Origin: Nitrosopumilaceae archaeon
Lineage (GTDB): Archaea > Thermoproteota > Nitrososphaeria > Nitrososphaerales > Nitrosopumilaceae
Direction of reading: 5' to 3'
NCBI GenBank assembly: GCA_965209085.1
Contig: OZ242376.1
Coordinates: forward strand, 160,001-224,000
DNA length: 64,000 nucleotides
A model generated the notes under the pieces. It was not told where the DNA came from. It saw only the letters and a program-made list of their open reading frames with translations, and searched no databases. The translations under genes and the position numbers were made by a program. Below, piece by piece: positions 9,901 through 19,546 of this stretch. Position 1 is the stretch's first letter; every line of letters starts with the position of its first letter.

Positions 9901-10814
9901 AGCGCACGCGTATTTTTAATTTTACGTACTGGCCGATTTGATATTACTTGCGCTATTGCTTCTGAGACGTCTATTGAAGATTTGGAGCCTGGTATAGTAT
10001 TTGTACTTATTATTTTGGAGATTCCCGCTTTAATAATTTTTTTTTCTGCCCCATCCACCAAAAGCGCATGGGTACATGCAACTAGAATATTTTTACATCC
10101 TTTGCCGCGTAAAAATTTGGCAGCTTTTACTATGCTGGATCCTGTACTGATCATATCGTCCACCAAAACCACATCTCGATTGGAGACGGAGTTAAATTCG
10201 GATGTGGTTATACTGACTTTGCCCGTAATGCGGTTTCTCTTTTTGGCCAACGCATCACATTCTGCATTTAAAATTTTTGCAAATTCTAATGCTCTCTTTT
10301 TCCCGCCAGCGTCTGGGGATATAACCAGCGGATTTTTCAAGCGCATTTTTTTTACGTGCGTTGCAAGAGCCGGCACCGCGGAAACGTTTACTGCGCCACG
10401 GCCAAGTTTTTTGAGTGCATCCTTGCTGTGTATGTCGACTGTAACTATCCTGCATGCTCCGGCACCACGCAGCATGTCTGCTATGACCTTTACTGTTACA
10501 ATCTCACCCCGCAAAAATTCTTTGTCTTGTCTTGCATATCCCATATATGGGATCACGGCGGTAACTTCTGAAGCACTCTCTTTGGCCTTTGCAATCAGCA
10601 TGACTGCATGCAAAAGATGAGTATCCACCGGAGGATGTGTTGACTGAACCACGACTATTTTTCCTCTCACGCGCCCAAGATCGGCATTAATCTTTGATTC
10701 CCCGTCAGGAAATACCATCAAAGAGGATTCAACATACGATGCGTTCATCTTTGCGGCAAGATTTTTTGCAATCTGCACGGATGTGCTTCCGGCTAGAACC
10801 GTAATTTTTGCCAC
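9897..10814 (-). CDS. prs: Ribose-phosphate pyrophosphokinase
   Basis: FPDGE, PYMGYARQD, SPDAGG, VLVDDMISTGSS. Confidence 0.96.
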   Translation of the reverse strand: MAKITVLAGSTSVQIAKNLAAKMNASYVESSLMVFPDGESKINADLGRVRGKIVVVQSTHPPVDTHLLHAVMLIAKAKESASEVTAVIPYMGYARQDKEFLRGEIVTVKVIADMLRGAGACRIVTVDIHSKDALKKLGRGAVNVSAVPALATHVKKMRLKNPLVISPDAGGKKRALEFAKILNAECDALAKKRNRITGKVSITTSEFNSVSNRDVVLVDDMISTGSSIVKAAKFLRGKGCKNILVACTHALLVDGAEKKIIKAGISKIISTNTIPGSKSSIDVSEAIAQVISNRPVRKIKNTRAL

Positions 10815-10848
10815 AACTGTCTGCAGTCTAGGACTGTCTTAAATCTGT

Positions 10849-12576
10849 CTAGTCTTCTGATCCGCTGTATCCGGGCGAACCGGTACCGAATTCGTCGACC
10901 AGCTGGTTGCGTTCGGATTCTAGACGTCCAATCTCTTCTGCCTCTCTTTTTTCATCGCCCTGATAGACTGTTCGAATGGGCCACGGTATTCGTATGTCGT
11001 ATTTTTTAAATTCCTCGTACATTATAATTCGCATGTCGCTCTTTACTTTGAACTGCGCTCCGTAATTCCAAACATACAGTAAAATAGAAAAATCAAGTGC
11101 CGAATCGTTGAATTTGTTGAATCTAATTAGCGGCTGCTCTAGTTCAACATGTATATTTTTGTCACAACCGCAGCTGGGCTTGTTCTCATCAAGATACGGA
11201 CACCGTTTTTGTCTTATCATATGGTTGTTTTTTGAATCCCGTATCTCCAGCATCGCACGCTTGCCAACCTTTGTAAGAATGGCTGAAACCTGTCTTGGAT
11301 TGTTCAAATATGAAACGCCCACCTGTACCACTGCAGGAACAATGGCAACTTCCTTTGAATAACTGGTAATCTGTCCGCTTACAAGCTGCCTTGTGGGTAT
11401 TATTGCATATGATTCGTTGAGACCGTCGCGTATGTATGTGACTCTAGATGTGATCTTGTGTACATATCCGTTGTATCCGCTCTCTAAAGAGACCCTTTCA
11501 CCTTCGGATATTATATTCTCCTTGCGGATCATAATATATGCAAACCAGTTTTGCATAGTCTCCTGAAGGGCAAATCCAATTCCTACTGCCAGTCCTCCGG
11601 TGGCCGTGGCAAGTACCCACAGATCTATACCCCACCAGCTTAATATCCCAAGGCAAACTGCCGCAAATATTACAATCGGAATCATCTGCGTGGCTGATTT
11701 TGGAATATCTTTTTTCTTTTTCTTGCCATATCCGGAAGGTTTTGATCCCGCTACGATTATTTCAAATCCGTACAGTCTTCTCATTTCACGCCATGTATCT
11801 ATTGGATAAATTTCCTCCATGTCCTGGCCCAGTTTTAGTTTTCTACCAACGTTGTTGTTACCGCTTGTGCATGATTCGTAATATGCGGCATACTTTACAC
11901 GCTGTTGTATTCTCCAAACTTTGTATGGATGTTTTACCAGCTTTTCGTAGGTTCCTATACTTGCATCTTTTGAAGTGCGATAAGCTTCCAAATACTTCCG
12001 GCCTTTCTCGGTAGAAAGATACTTGTCAAATTCATCTTTACTCAGATCTTTTGGAGGATTTTTTGGAGCTATCCATTTAAAAACCGTATGAAAAAGATCT
12101 TTTTGATCGTCAACAAATCCTCCCGTAGATATCCACGAGTTATAGTCGGCTTTTTCAAGAATCATGGTTTCTCGTTTTGTAAGTATGACGGGAATTATGT
12201 GCGCTATGGTGTATCCAATTACGAGTATGTTCATCGTGTCCAAAACCATTGGAAACGTTTTTTCCGCACCGCCTGTGGCACTGCCAAAGAGATCCACCGT
12301 ATGCACGTATACGTTAATGGATGAGACTAGTGCTATCGCAAAGAGCGGAAGCACTGCAACCCGAATGAATCTGGATATGTGCGGACGAAAATATCTGAAT
12401 TTTTGTGCGCGTATCCATTTGGAAAAAGCCCTGTATCCTATAACAATGGAAATAATCCCAGCAATCAAAACGGTAAACGCTATTTGCAGTTCTATTGATG
12501 TTGCCAATAAATTGCCCACCGTCTGAAATTCCCCTGCCTGTGATGAGACAGTTTCCACTAGATCATTATCGGCCAT
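10849..12576 (-). CDS. MscS-family mechanosensitive channel with large insertions
   Basis: GLAVGIGFALQETMQN, VGVSY, FNDSALDFSI, IRIPWP. Confidence 0.92.
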   Translation of the reverse strand: MADNDLVETVSSQAGEFQTVGNLLATSIELQIAFTVLIAGIISIVIGYRAFSKWIRAQKFRYFRPHISRFIRVAVLPLFAIALVSSINVYVHTVDLFGSATGGAEKTFPMVLDTMNILVIGYTIAHIIPVILTKRETMILEKADYNSWISTGGFVDDQKDLFHTVFKWIAPKNPPKDLSKDEFDKYLSTEKGRKYLEAYRTSKDASIGTYEKLVKHPYKVWRIQQRVKYAAYYESCTSGNNNVGRKLKLGQDMEEIYPIDTWREMRRLYGFEIIVAGSKPSGYGKKKKKDIPKSATQMIPIVIFAAVCLGILSWWGIDLWVLATATGGLAVGIGFALQETMQNWFAYIMIRKENIISEGERVSLESGYNGYVHKITSRVTYIRDGLNESYAIIPTRQLVSGQITSYSKEVAIVPAVVQVGVSYLNNPRQVSAILTKVGKRAMLEIRDSKNNHMIRQKRCPYLDENKPSCGCDKNIHVELEQPLIRFNKFNDSALDFSILLYVWNYGAQFKVKSDMRIIMYEEFKKYDIRIPWPIRTVYQGDEKREAEEIGRLESERNQLVDEFGTGSPGYSGSED

Positions 12577-12674
12577 TATTGAACTCCCATTTTGTCTAAC
12601 AATACGCCAAAATCATACTTTAAGTATATAAATAAAACATTAGATTAAACATGGGGTAAAACCGACTTTACTAA

Positions 12675-14027
12675 TTGTCCAATCTTGAAAGTAAACGGAT
12701 CAGTCTGTCACGTCCAAAAATCATGCAGTATACGGCAGAAAACTTTCAAAGGCTTGATCAGATGGAGAATTTCAGCGATGAGGAGATTTTTAACATGCAA
12801 GTTGTCTCCAAAGTTCTGCCATTTAAAACAAATAATTATGTTGTAGAGTATCTTATCGACTGGAACAACGTTCCAAACGATCCCATGTTTGTCCTGACAT
12901 TTCCTCAAAAAAATATGCTCATAAAGAAACATTTTGATATTATTGCCAATCTGATAAAAGGCGGCGCTAAAAAACAAGAACTGGATAATGCTACAAACAA
13001 AATTAGATTGGAATTAAACCCGCATCCGGCAGGCCAGATGGAACTGAATATTCCAACCCTCAAAGACGGTACAAAGCTGTACGGAATGCAGCACAAGTAC
13101 AAAGAAACATGTCTTTTCTTTCCAAGTCAGAGCCAGACGTGCCATGCATACTGTAGTTTCTGTTTTAGATGGCCGCAGTTTGTGGGCATGGATGATATGA
13201 AATTTGCTTCAAAAGAAACCGACAGCCTTGTACAGTATATTTTGGAGCATCCTGAAATAACGGACATACTGTTTACAGGAGGCGATCCGATGATAATGAA
13301 AGGAGAGATGTTCCGTACATACGTTGACAAGCTGCTGAATGCGGATCTGCCAAACCTCAAAACCATACGAATCGGTACAAAAATGCTTTCATATTGGCCG
13401 CACAAAGTTCTAACCGACAACGACGCTGATGTAACGCTGGAAACTTTTGAATCAATTACAAAAAGCGGATTACATCTTTCTGTTATGGCCCACTTTAACC
13501 ATTATGTGGAAATGCAAACACAGGCAACCCGCAAGGCCATTAAAAAAATACGTTCCACTGGAGCACAGATAAGAACACAGTCGCCCCTGCTTGCACACAT
13601 AAACGATGATGCACAAGTGTGGAAAAAAATGTGGACGGATCAGGTAAACCTTGGATGCATTCCATACTATATGTTCATGGTAAGGGATACGGGTGCACAG
13701 CACTACTTTGGAGTTCCGCTGGTAAAATCATACCAAATATTCAAAGAGGCATACTCACAGGTCAGCGGACTGGCAAGAACCGTGCGTGGTCCAAGCATGT
13801 CTGCAACTCCTGGCAAAGTGCAGATAGACGGAATAGTGCAGGTAAACGGCCAAAAAGCCATGTCAATGAAATTCCTACAGGCACGCAACCCTGATTGGGC
13901 GTGCAGGACGTTCCTTGCCAAATATGACGAGAATGCCGTGTGGCTTGACGATCTAAAACCCGCATTTGGAGGGGAAAAATTCTTTTTTGAAAACGATCTG
14001 GCACTTACCGCTTCGCGCCGTAATTAA
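12675..14027 (+). CDS. KamA-family radical SAM/PLP 2,3-aminomutase-like protein
   Basis: HKYKET, CHAYCSFCFR, FTGGDP, IRIGTK, HFNH, QSPLL, PYYMF, VSGL, PGK. Confidence 0.92.
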   Translation: MSNLESKRISLSRPKIMQYTAENFQRLDQMENFSDEEIFNMQVVSKVLPFKTNNYVVEYLIDWNNVPNDPMFVLTFPQKNMLIKKHFDIIANLIKGGAKKQELDNATNKIRLELNPHPAGQMELNIPTLKDGTKLYGMQHKYKETCLFFPSQSQTCHAYCSFCFRWPQFVGMDDMKFASKETDSLVQYILEHPEITDILFTGGDPMIMKGEMFRTYVDKLLNADLPNLKTIRIGTKMLSYWPHKVLTDNDADVTLETFESITKSGLHLSVMAHFNHYVEMQTQATRKAIKKIRSTGAQIRTQSPLLAHINDDAQVWKKMWTDQVNLGCIPYYMFMVRDTGAQHYFGVPLVKSYQIFKEAYSQVSGLARTVRGPSMSATPGKVQIDGIVQVNGQKAMSMKFLQARNPDWACRTFLAKYDENAVWLDDLKPAFGGEKFFFENDLALTASRRN

Positions 14028-14047
14028 TTAAAAAATACGCTTAAAAT

Positions 14048-15043
14048 TTACAGCCAGTGCGGCGTCTGCAGATAATCCCCTATTTGTTCTCCTCGCAAAA
14101 CCCGCAGCATGGCCAGCGCTTGCGGTGTGGAAAGAACCGGCATGTCAAATTCGTTATCGGTCGCTATGCGGGGGCATGCAACCTGTACAAACGCGTCTAT
14201 TCCGCGCAAATTATGCAGTCTCTCGTTGTTGATGTCCGTCATGGCAAACAGCTGGACGGATTTACCGCACTCTTCCAACTCTTTTTTAAATTTCAAAGCC
14301 GTGGTCTTTGAAAGCTGTCCTTCTTTTAGACCCACAATTACTCCAAATGTTTGCGCATCGGCGGCAGCATATATGGCAAGTGTGGCTTTTTTCTGTATTT
14401 TTTGCGCAATCTTTGTTACCTCGCGCACTTCGTTAAAGTACGGATCAAGAACATACGTGGCAAGTCCGGTTGCAAGCGCAAGTCCGGCCGCATGAAAATC
14501 ACTCTGGCCAAGAAAGACGTTTGCATCTGCCTTTTGCGCCGCATCTTTTGCGGGATAAAACTCACACCCAAAAACCTGTCCGTCATTGAGCTGCCCTTTT
14601 CCTCTGCCTACCTTTACGTGCACTCCGCCTTTTTCCAGTATGTTGCGTACCTGATCTATCTTGTGCAGATGCTGGCTGTCCGTTACAAGCGATACTGTTT
14701 TTTCACAAAACATTTCTGCCGCTTTTCCCGCAATTTTTTCAAATGAGATATCATCAAAAGCGTCAATCATTACCACCTGTTTGTCCCACATTGGAACGCC
14801 TATCGTATGCCCCACATTGAACAAAACATCCGCCCCCAAAACCTGCGCTCCGTTGGAATTAAGATCGCATGAACCCCATGTGGTATCGGCTAGCACGTAC
14901 GCGGGAATTCCAAATTTCTTGGTTATGTTGGATGCGGCAGTCTGCACCGCCGGCAGTATGCCGTCCGGACCGTTGATTGCAACAGATACCGGTTTTCTCT
15001 CCCGAATTGCCTTAAAGATTGATTCCTCGTCTATTACTATCAC
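14048..15043 (-). CDS. dph2: Diphthamide biosynthesis enzyme Dph2
   Basis: WGSCD, GQVFGC, VACPR (three Fe-S Cys); start moved to GTG 15043. Confidence 0.94.
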   Translation of the reverse strand: MIVIDEESIFKAIRERKPVSVAINGPDGILPAVQTAASNITKKFGIPAYVLADTTWGSCDLNSNGAQVLGADVLFNVGHTIGVPMWDKQVVMIDAFDDISFEKIAGKAAEMFCEKTVSLVTDSQHLHKIDQVRNILEKGGVHVKVGRGKGQLNDGQVFGCEFYPAKDAAQKADANVFLGQSDFHAAGLALATGLATYVLDPYFNEVREVTKIAQKIQKKATLAIYAAADAQTFGVIVGLKEGQLSKTTALKFKKELEECGKSVQLFAMTDINNERLHNLRGIDAFVQVACPRIATDNEFDMPVLSTPQALAMLRVLRGEQIGDYLQTPHWL

Positions 15044-15115
15044 GCACGTTTTGCGCACTCTTACCCACTTAATCCTTGGGCAAACCAAAAATGTGCAGCA
15101 GACTTGCATCCATGT

Positions 15116-16432
15116 ATGACTGCAACCGTACTCTCCGTGGGAATTGATGACACCGATTCGCCTCTGGGAATGTGCACCACGTATCTTGGCTTCAAGATAG
15201 TGGGAGGGCTCAAAAAAAGAGGGGTGAAATTTTCCTCGTATCCGCGTTTGGTGCGCTTTAATCCGAATATTCCATGGAAGACGCGCGGCAACGGCGCTGT
15301 GGGCTTGAAATTTCTCACAGACGATGCCAAAGGGGACATTGAATACATCACGCGCATGGTGGAAAAAAATGCGGACGTAAAAAACGGCGCAAACCCTGCT
15401 GCCGTATTCTGTACGGGAACAATTCCAGAATCGGTGAAACATCTTGGCAATCTTGCCATGTGGAAGCTTGTAAAACGCGCTGCTGCAAAAAACCTTGTAC
15501 GCGGGGAAAAACTGGAATCATTTCACATGGGAAACGGCCAGGGTCTGATCGGAGCTGCCGGTGTCATTGGATATGATTTTGGATCCGACAGCACTTTGGA
15601 GATGCTAAGTTATAGAAAACCGTCCATGTTTGGACTCAAACGACACATCGACAAAGATAGAGTGCAGCGTATGCAGCAAAAAACCGCCCCCGATACATTC
15701 AGCAGCTATGATGATGCACGCGATCACGTTATGATATCCCCGCGCGGTCCGGATCCTGTTCTGTACGGAATACGCGGCGAGAATGCCCGCTCTATAATTG
15801 CCGCATCATCCATGGTAAAAACCGGAGAAAAATCCGCTGGATATATGATCTTTCAATCAAACCAGGGAACGGCAAGGCATCTTGACCACAAACTTGATGC
15901 CTCATCATTGGAACCGTACATGGCCGGAACAATCTCCGGTTCCGTATGCAAAACCCCGCAAACACTGCGCGGCGGTCATATAATATTTGAAGTTGAGACG
16001 GCAAACGGTTCTGTACAGTGCGCCGTATACAAAGAATCCGGCATGGGGGGAGCAATCTGCCATCTTGCGGCAGGCGATGAGGTTACGGTGGGCGGTGGCG
16101 TACGCCCCGCATCCAAATCTAGACCCCGCTCCCTAAACGCGGAATTTATCCGTGTGCGGCACCTGAAAACCGTATACAAAAAGATCAACCCGCAATGTCC
16201 GCACTGCCGTAAAAACATGAAGTCAAAGGGATCCGGGCAGCATTTTGAGTGCGTCAAATGCGGACGCCATGCGGCATCAAAAAAGACGGTTCAGGTTGCA
16301 CGCGCACTGCACGTTGGATCATACCTGCCGGCCGTATCCGCACAGCGGCATTTGACGCGTCCGGCACAGCGTGAAAAACGCGCCAACACTCCAATCTTTG
16401 CAGGATCATCTCGGTGGTTTTGTGAATTTTAA
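15116..16432 (+). CDS. tiaS: tRNA(Ile2) agmatidine synthetase
   Basis: GIDDTDS...MCTTY, NPNIPWKTRGNGAV, GPDPVLYGIRG, SNQGT, Zn ribbon, RHLTRP. Confidence 0.96.
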   Translation: MTATVLSVGIDDTDSPLGMCTTYLGFKIVGGLKKRGVKFSSYPRLVRFNPNIPWKTRGNGAVGLKFLTDDAKGDIEYITRMVEKNADVKNGANPAAVFCTGTIPESVKHLGNLAMWKLVKRAAAKNLVRGEKLESFHMGNGQGLIGAAGVIGYDFGSDSTLEMLSYRKPSMFGLKRHIDKDRVQRMQQKTAPDTFSSYDDARDHVMISPRGPDPVLYGIRGENARSIIAASSMVKTGEKSAGYMIFQSNQGTARHLDHKLDASSLEPYMAGTISGSVCKTPQTLRGGHIIFEVETANGSVQCAVYKESGMGGAICHLAAGDEVTVGGGVRPASKSRPRSLNAEFIRVRHLKTVYKKINPQCPHCRKNMKSKGSGQHFECVKCGRHAASKKTVQVARALHVGSYLPAVSAQRHLTRPAQREKRANTPIFAGSSRWFCEF

Positions 16433-16435
16433 AAG

Positions 16436-16542
16436 TAGCGGGGAGTAGATTTGAACTACTGATTTGCGGGTTTCCCATCATTGATAGGTTATGAGCCCGC
16501 CGGGATGACTTTGCCCGGATGGTCTGACTTCCCCACCCCGCT
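16436..16542 (-). tRNA. tRNA-iMet(CAT) with two introns (D-loop ~14 nt; 37/38 18 nt)
   Basis: Acceptor AGCGGGG/CCCCGCT (A1-U72), anticodon stem GCGGG/CCCGC around CT-CAT-A, T-arm AGTAG-TTCAAAT-CTACT; 107 nt reduces to 75 after removing ~16510-16523 and 16472-16489. Confidence 0.92.
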
Positions 16543-16585
16543 GAAAGTGTGGGGCATCGGGCTGTGTATAAGCTTTTTTCCCCGT

Positions 16586-16972
16586 TTACTCAAACGTCAC
16601 AAAAGGACTACTTTTGGTGTCCACAGATACTGTAAGACCGTCTCTGAGAGATTTGAACTCGTTTTCGTCTGCCACAAGCAGCGGTATGTTGGCCATTGCG
16701 CATCCTGACGCCACCATTAAATCCGCTTTTTGACATATCATTGCCGCAGGCGCAGCATCATTTGATTTTAGCGCATATATCGTGTACGCTCCAACGCTGC
16801 TTCCAATCCCATATGGAAAAGCAAGTATTGAACCAGAAAGGGTTTTGCCAAAGAGATCGTGTCCCTCATCGCGTATGCGCCCCGTCTCTTTTTCCACCGC
16901 CCCAAGAAAGTTTATCGGATTTTGCGCCCTCGTTATTTCCCCCCTAGCGCATCCTGTCACTATAATTTTCAT
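16586..16972 (-). CDS. Aconitase X swivel subunit (DUF126; phosphomevalonate dehydratase small subunit-like)
   Basis: INFLG...GIGSSVGAY...APAAMI...VASGC; adjacent to DUF521. Confidence 0.9.
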   Translation of the reverse strand: MKIIVTGCARGEITRAQNPINFLGAVEKETGRIRDEGHDLFGKTLSGSILAFPYGIGSSVGAYTIYALKSNDAAPAAMICQKADLMVASGCAMANIPLLVADENEFKSLRDGLTVSVDTKSSPFVTFE

Positions 16973-16973
16973 T

Positions 16974-18131
16974 TTATAGCGTCTCCTCGTTTACAATATC
17001 CGAGAGTGATTTCAAATTAACCTGCACTCCTGTGGAGTTTTTCAGATAATATGCGCCTTTTATGCTGTTGGTGGTAACAGCATCCACTTTGTTTTTGTCA
17101 ACAAGGGGTGTAAGACACGTACAACAATCAACAAGTATCCTAGCGCCGGATGCCTCTATGCCTGCAGTATGTCCCAGACTGCGCGCCTTATCACGAATTT
17201 TTCTTGGGGCAAACACCGTGCACGGTTTTTTAAACGACCTGCCCTTTAGCATCGCAGAGAGTCGCACGATCTCCTCCAACCCAAGCTGCGGACTTCCAAG
17301 GGTTATGATATCGCCCCGCTCTGCAGTTGAGAGCTCGTCTTTTATCCCATCCATCTCTTCTTTACCAAAGTCAATCTTTTCGGATTCTGATCCGCCATCG
17401 CCCATGATGAATTTACTGCACGTTCCCGAAGTTCCCATCCCGCCGCAGATTGCCTTACATTGGAGACGGTCCGGACTGCCGGGACATGAGAGTGCAACAG
17501 GTGCCGATGTGCCGGTTTTACCTGCAAAGTATCCAAGCATCCCGTATGCAAGCTCGTCCGGTTCCTCCACCTTTAGACGCAGTGTTATCTCCGGTTTTTG
17601 ATTTGCCGTATTCTCCGAGTACGTACTCTTGCCTGTAATGGCGCTGGCAAGGGCGCTAAAGGCGCTCTCCTTGTTGGTCTGCAGGTTTGCAACAGAGTTT
17701 GCAAATATTGCCGCATTGCTCTCGGCAAACGCCACCCTGGTGTTCTCCTTTGGCATGTCAAAAATATCGTATGGAACGCATGAAAACGTCGGGATCACAC
17801 CCATCCGCAGATAGGATTCCCTTATGCTCTCCTGTTTTTGCATAAATTTTTCATCAAGATCGTATTCTGAAACGCTGTCAATGTCGTATCCCATGGGATT
17901 TACAGTTGTCTTGATCTTTACGCGCGCCTCTGCACTAATTTCCGAGAGAAATTTCTCGCCTGCGTCTCCGATTGTATTGTAATTGACACCGGAAAGATGC
18001 GCCCAGCTGACAGATTCGAGCCTGTCTGCGTCAGTTGCCTCCCCGGTGGCTACCAAAATCTTGTATGCAAGCTGCAACGCGTATCCTTCCTCGCCGGCAA
18101 GCGCCGCCTCTTCCTGTCGGGAGAGCTGCAT
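16974..18131 (-). CDS. Aconitase X catalytic subunit (DUF521; phosphomevalonate dehydratase large subunit-like)
   Basis: AHLSGVNY, TTVNP, SCVPY, AESNA, DCCTCLTP, TNSIKGAYY; start moved to ATG 18131. Confidence 0.9.
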   Translation of the reverse strand: MQLSRQEEAALAGEEGYALQLAYKILVATGEATDADRLESVSWAHLSGVNYNTIGDAGEKFLSEISAEARVKIKTTVNPMGYDIDSVSEYDLDEKFMQKQESIRESYLRMGVIPTFSCVPYDIFDMPKENTRVAFAESNAAIFANSVANLQTNKESAFSALASAITGKSTYSENTANQKPEITLRLKVEEPDELAYGMLGYFAGKTGTSAPVALSCPGSPDRLQCKAICGGMGTSGTCSKFIMGDGGSESEKIDFGKEEMDGIKDELSTAERGDIITLGSPQLGLEEIVRLSAMLKGRSFKKPCTVFAPRKIRDKARSLGHTAGIEASGARILVDCCTCLTPLVDKNKVDAVTTNSIKGAYYLKNSTGVQVNLKSLSDIVNEETL

Positions 18132-18178
18132 GATGAATATGCCAACAACTGATATAATACTTGTATGCTGCACGTATA

Positions 18179-18829
18179 GTGCGCCGACTGCTTGATGGCA
18201 TGAGTAAAACCATGAATGCCGTCCAACCCCCGAGAATGACGGCTTTGCGTCAGCTGCATGATGCGGAGACTGGCGGACCGTTTAGCATTCTAATCGGAAC
18301 CATTCTCTCAGCAAGAACCCGGGATGAGAATACTGCCAAAGTGGCCAAAAAACTGTTTGCCGTTTATAAAAATGCCAAAGAACTTTCGGGCGCGCGCATA
18401 CGCGATGTTGAACGCATCATAAAACCAATAGGATTCTATCATGTAAAGGCGCAGCGCATAATACAGGTGGCGGGCATAATTCATTCCGAATACGGCGGCA
18501 AGGTTCCAAAAGATCTTCCCTCTTTGATAAAACTGCCTGGAGTCGGCCGTAAAACCGCAAACTGCGTCCTAGTATACGCGTACGAAAAACCCGCCATACC
18601 TGTGGACATACACGTACACCGCATATCAAACAGGCTAGGACTTGTTGATACAAAAACTCCCGAAGAGACCGAATTTGCCCTGATGAAAAAAATACCAAAA
18701 AAATTCTGGCTAGAGATAAACGATACGTTTGTCATGTACGGCCAAAACATATGCAAACCCGTATCCCCAATGTGCGACGTATGCGGCATAAGAGGCGGCT
18801 GCAAATACTATAAACAAAATTCAAACTAG
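18179..18829 (+). CDS. nth: Endonuclease III
   Basis: HhH LPGVGRKTANCV, VDIHVHR, C-x6-C-x2-C-x5-C; GTG 18179 probable start. Confidence 0.95.
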   Translation: MRRLLDGMSKTMNAVQPPRMTALRQLHDAETGGPFSILIGTILSARTRDENTAKVAKKLFAVYKNAKELSGARIRDVERIIKPIGFYHVKAQRIIQVAGIIHSEYGGKVPKDLPSLIKLPGVGRKTANCVLVYAYEKPAIPVDIHVHRISNRLGLVDTKTPEETEFALMKKIPKKFWLEINDTFVMYGQNICKPVSPMCDVCGIRGGCKYYKQNSN

Positions 18830-19539
18830 GATTTACTTGTGGCAGAAGCTGGTTTTTTCTTTACAATAATCAAAATTATCACTATAATTCCGACCGCAGC
18901 TGTAACATAAAATGGAAACAGATGAAAAACGTTGTCGGCCGGATCGCCGGAGAGAAATTCAACCAAATATTCGCCGGAAACCATGGCAGGAGGATCGGTG
19001 GATCCTTCCATGCCGTGCACCGAATAGGATTCTATTCCAAATATGCCAATATCCAGATTGGTAATTATGATTCTCGCCCCGTTGTTTATCGTCATGCCTG
19101 CCCTTTCCGTATACGAAATGACTGTCTTTGCGCTTGGAACCCAGCCCCTTTCAAGTTTGTCGTGGACTACCACGTATTCCTCAGCTCCGGGTATCCGCAC
19201 GGCCACCCAAAGCTTGTTATCTTTTGGAGCTCCCATGCCAACCTCGATAAATTTATTTTCCACATTTTCATCGTACAGACGGATCACCGCGTTGCCGTTT
19301 GGATTTCCATACTGTAAATTATTGTCAATTGTAACCTGCCAGATGGTTTTGTGCACACTTGAGAGCTCTGTTACCTGTGCCTCTAACGAGACTCTGTTAA
19401 AATCCTGCCACTGTATGGGTAAAAGCTCCACTGTCATGGACGGATTTTTCATTTCCTGCTCTTGTGCACCGGCAGCACCAAACACGCCTGCCAAAGCCAG
19501 AAGCGATAGTGAAAATGCGGGCAGATATTTTGTATTCAC
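18826..19539 (-). CDS. Hypothetical exported protein with C-terminal membrane anchor
   Basis: Signal peptide and C-terminal TM helix followed by a basic tail. Confidence 0.8.
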   Translation of the reverse strand: MNTKYLPAFSLSLLALAGVFGAAGAQEQEMKNPSMTVELLPIQWQDFNRVSLEAQVTELSSVHKTIWQVTIDNNLQYGNPNGNAVIRLYDENVENKFIEVGMGAPKDNKLWVAVRIPGAEEYVVVHDKLERGWVPSAKTVISYTERAGMTINNGARIIITNLDIGIFGIESYSVHGMEGSTDPPAMVSGEYLVEFLSGDPADNVFHLFPFYVTAAVGIIVIILIIVKKKPASATSKS

Positions 19540-19546
19540 AGCAAAT

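Noticed and set aside
15044-15442. N-terminal extensions of dph2, and similarly of tatD, rps17e, atpI, purA and the topoisomerase Zn-ribbon ORF
   Set aside because: They overlap neighbouring genes or promoters; family similarity begins at downstream starts
16436-16542. tRNA-Ile2(CAT) as the TiaS substrate
   Set aside because: A1-U72 and G-C anticodon-stem pairs indicate initiator Met
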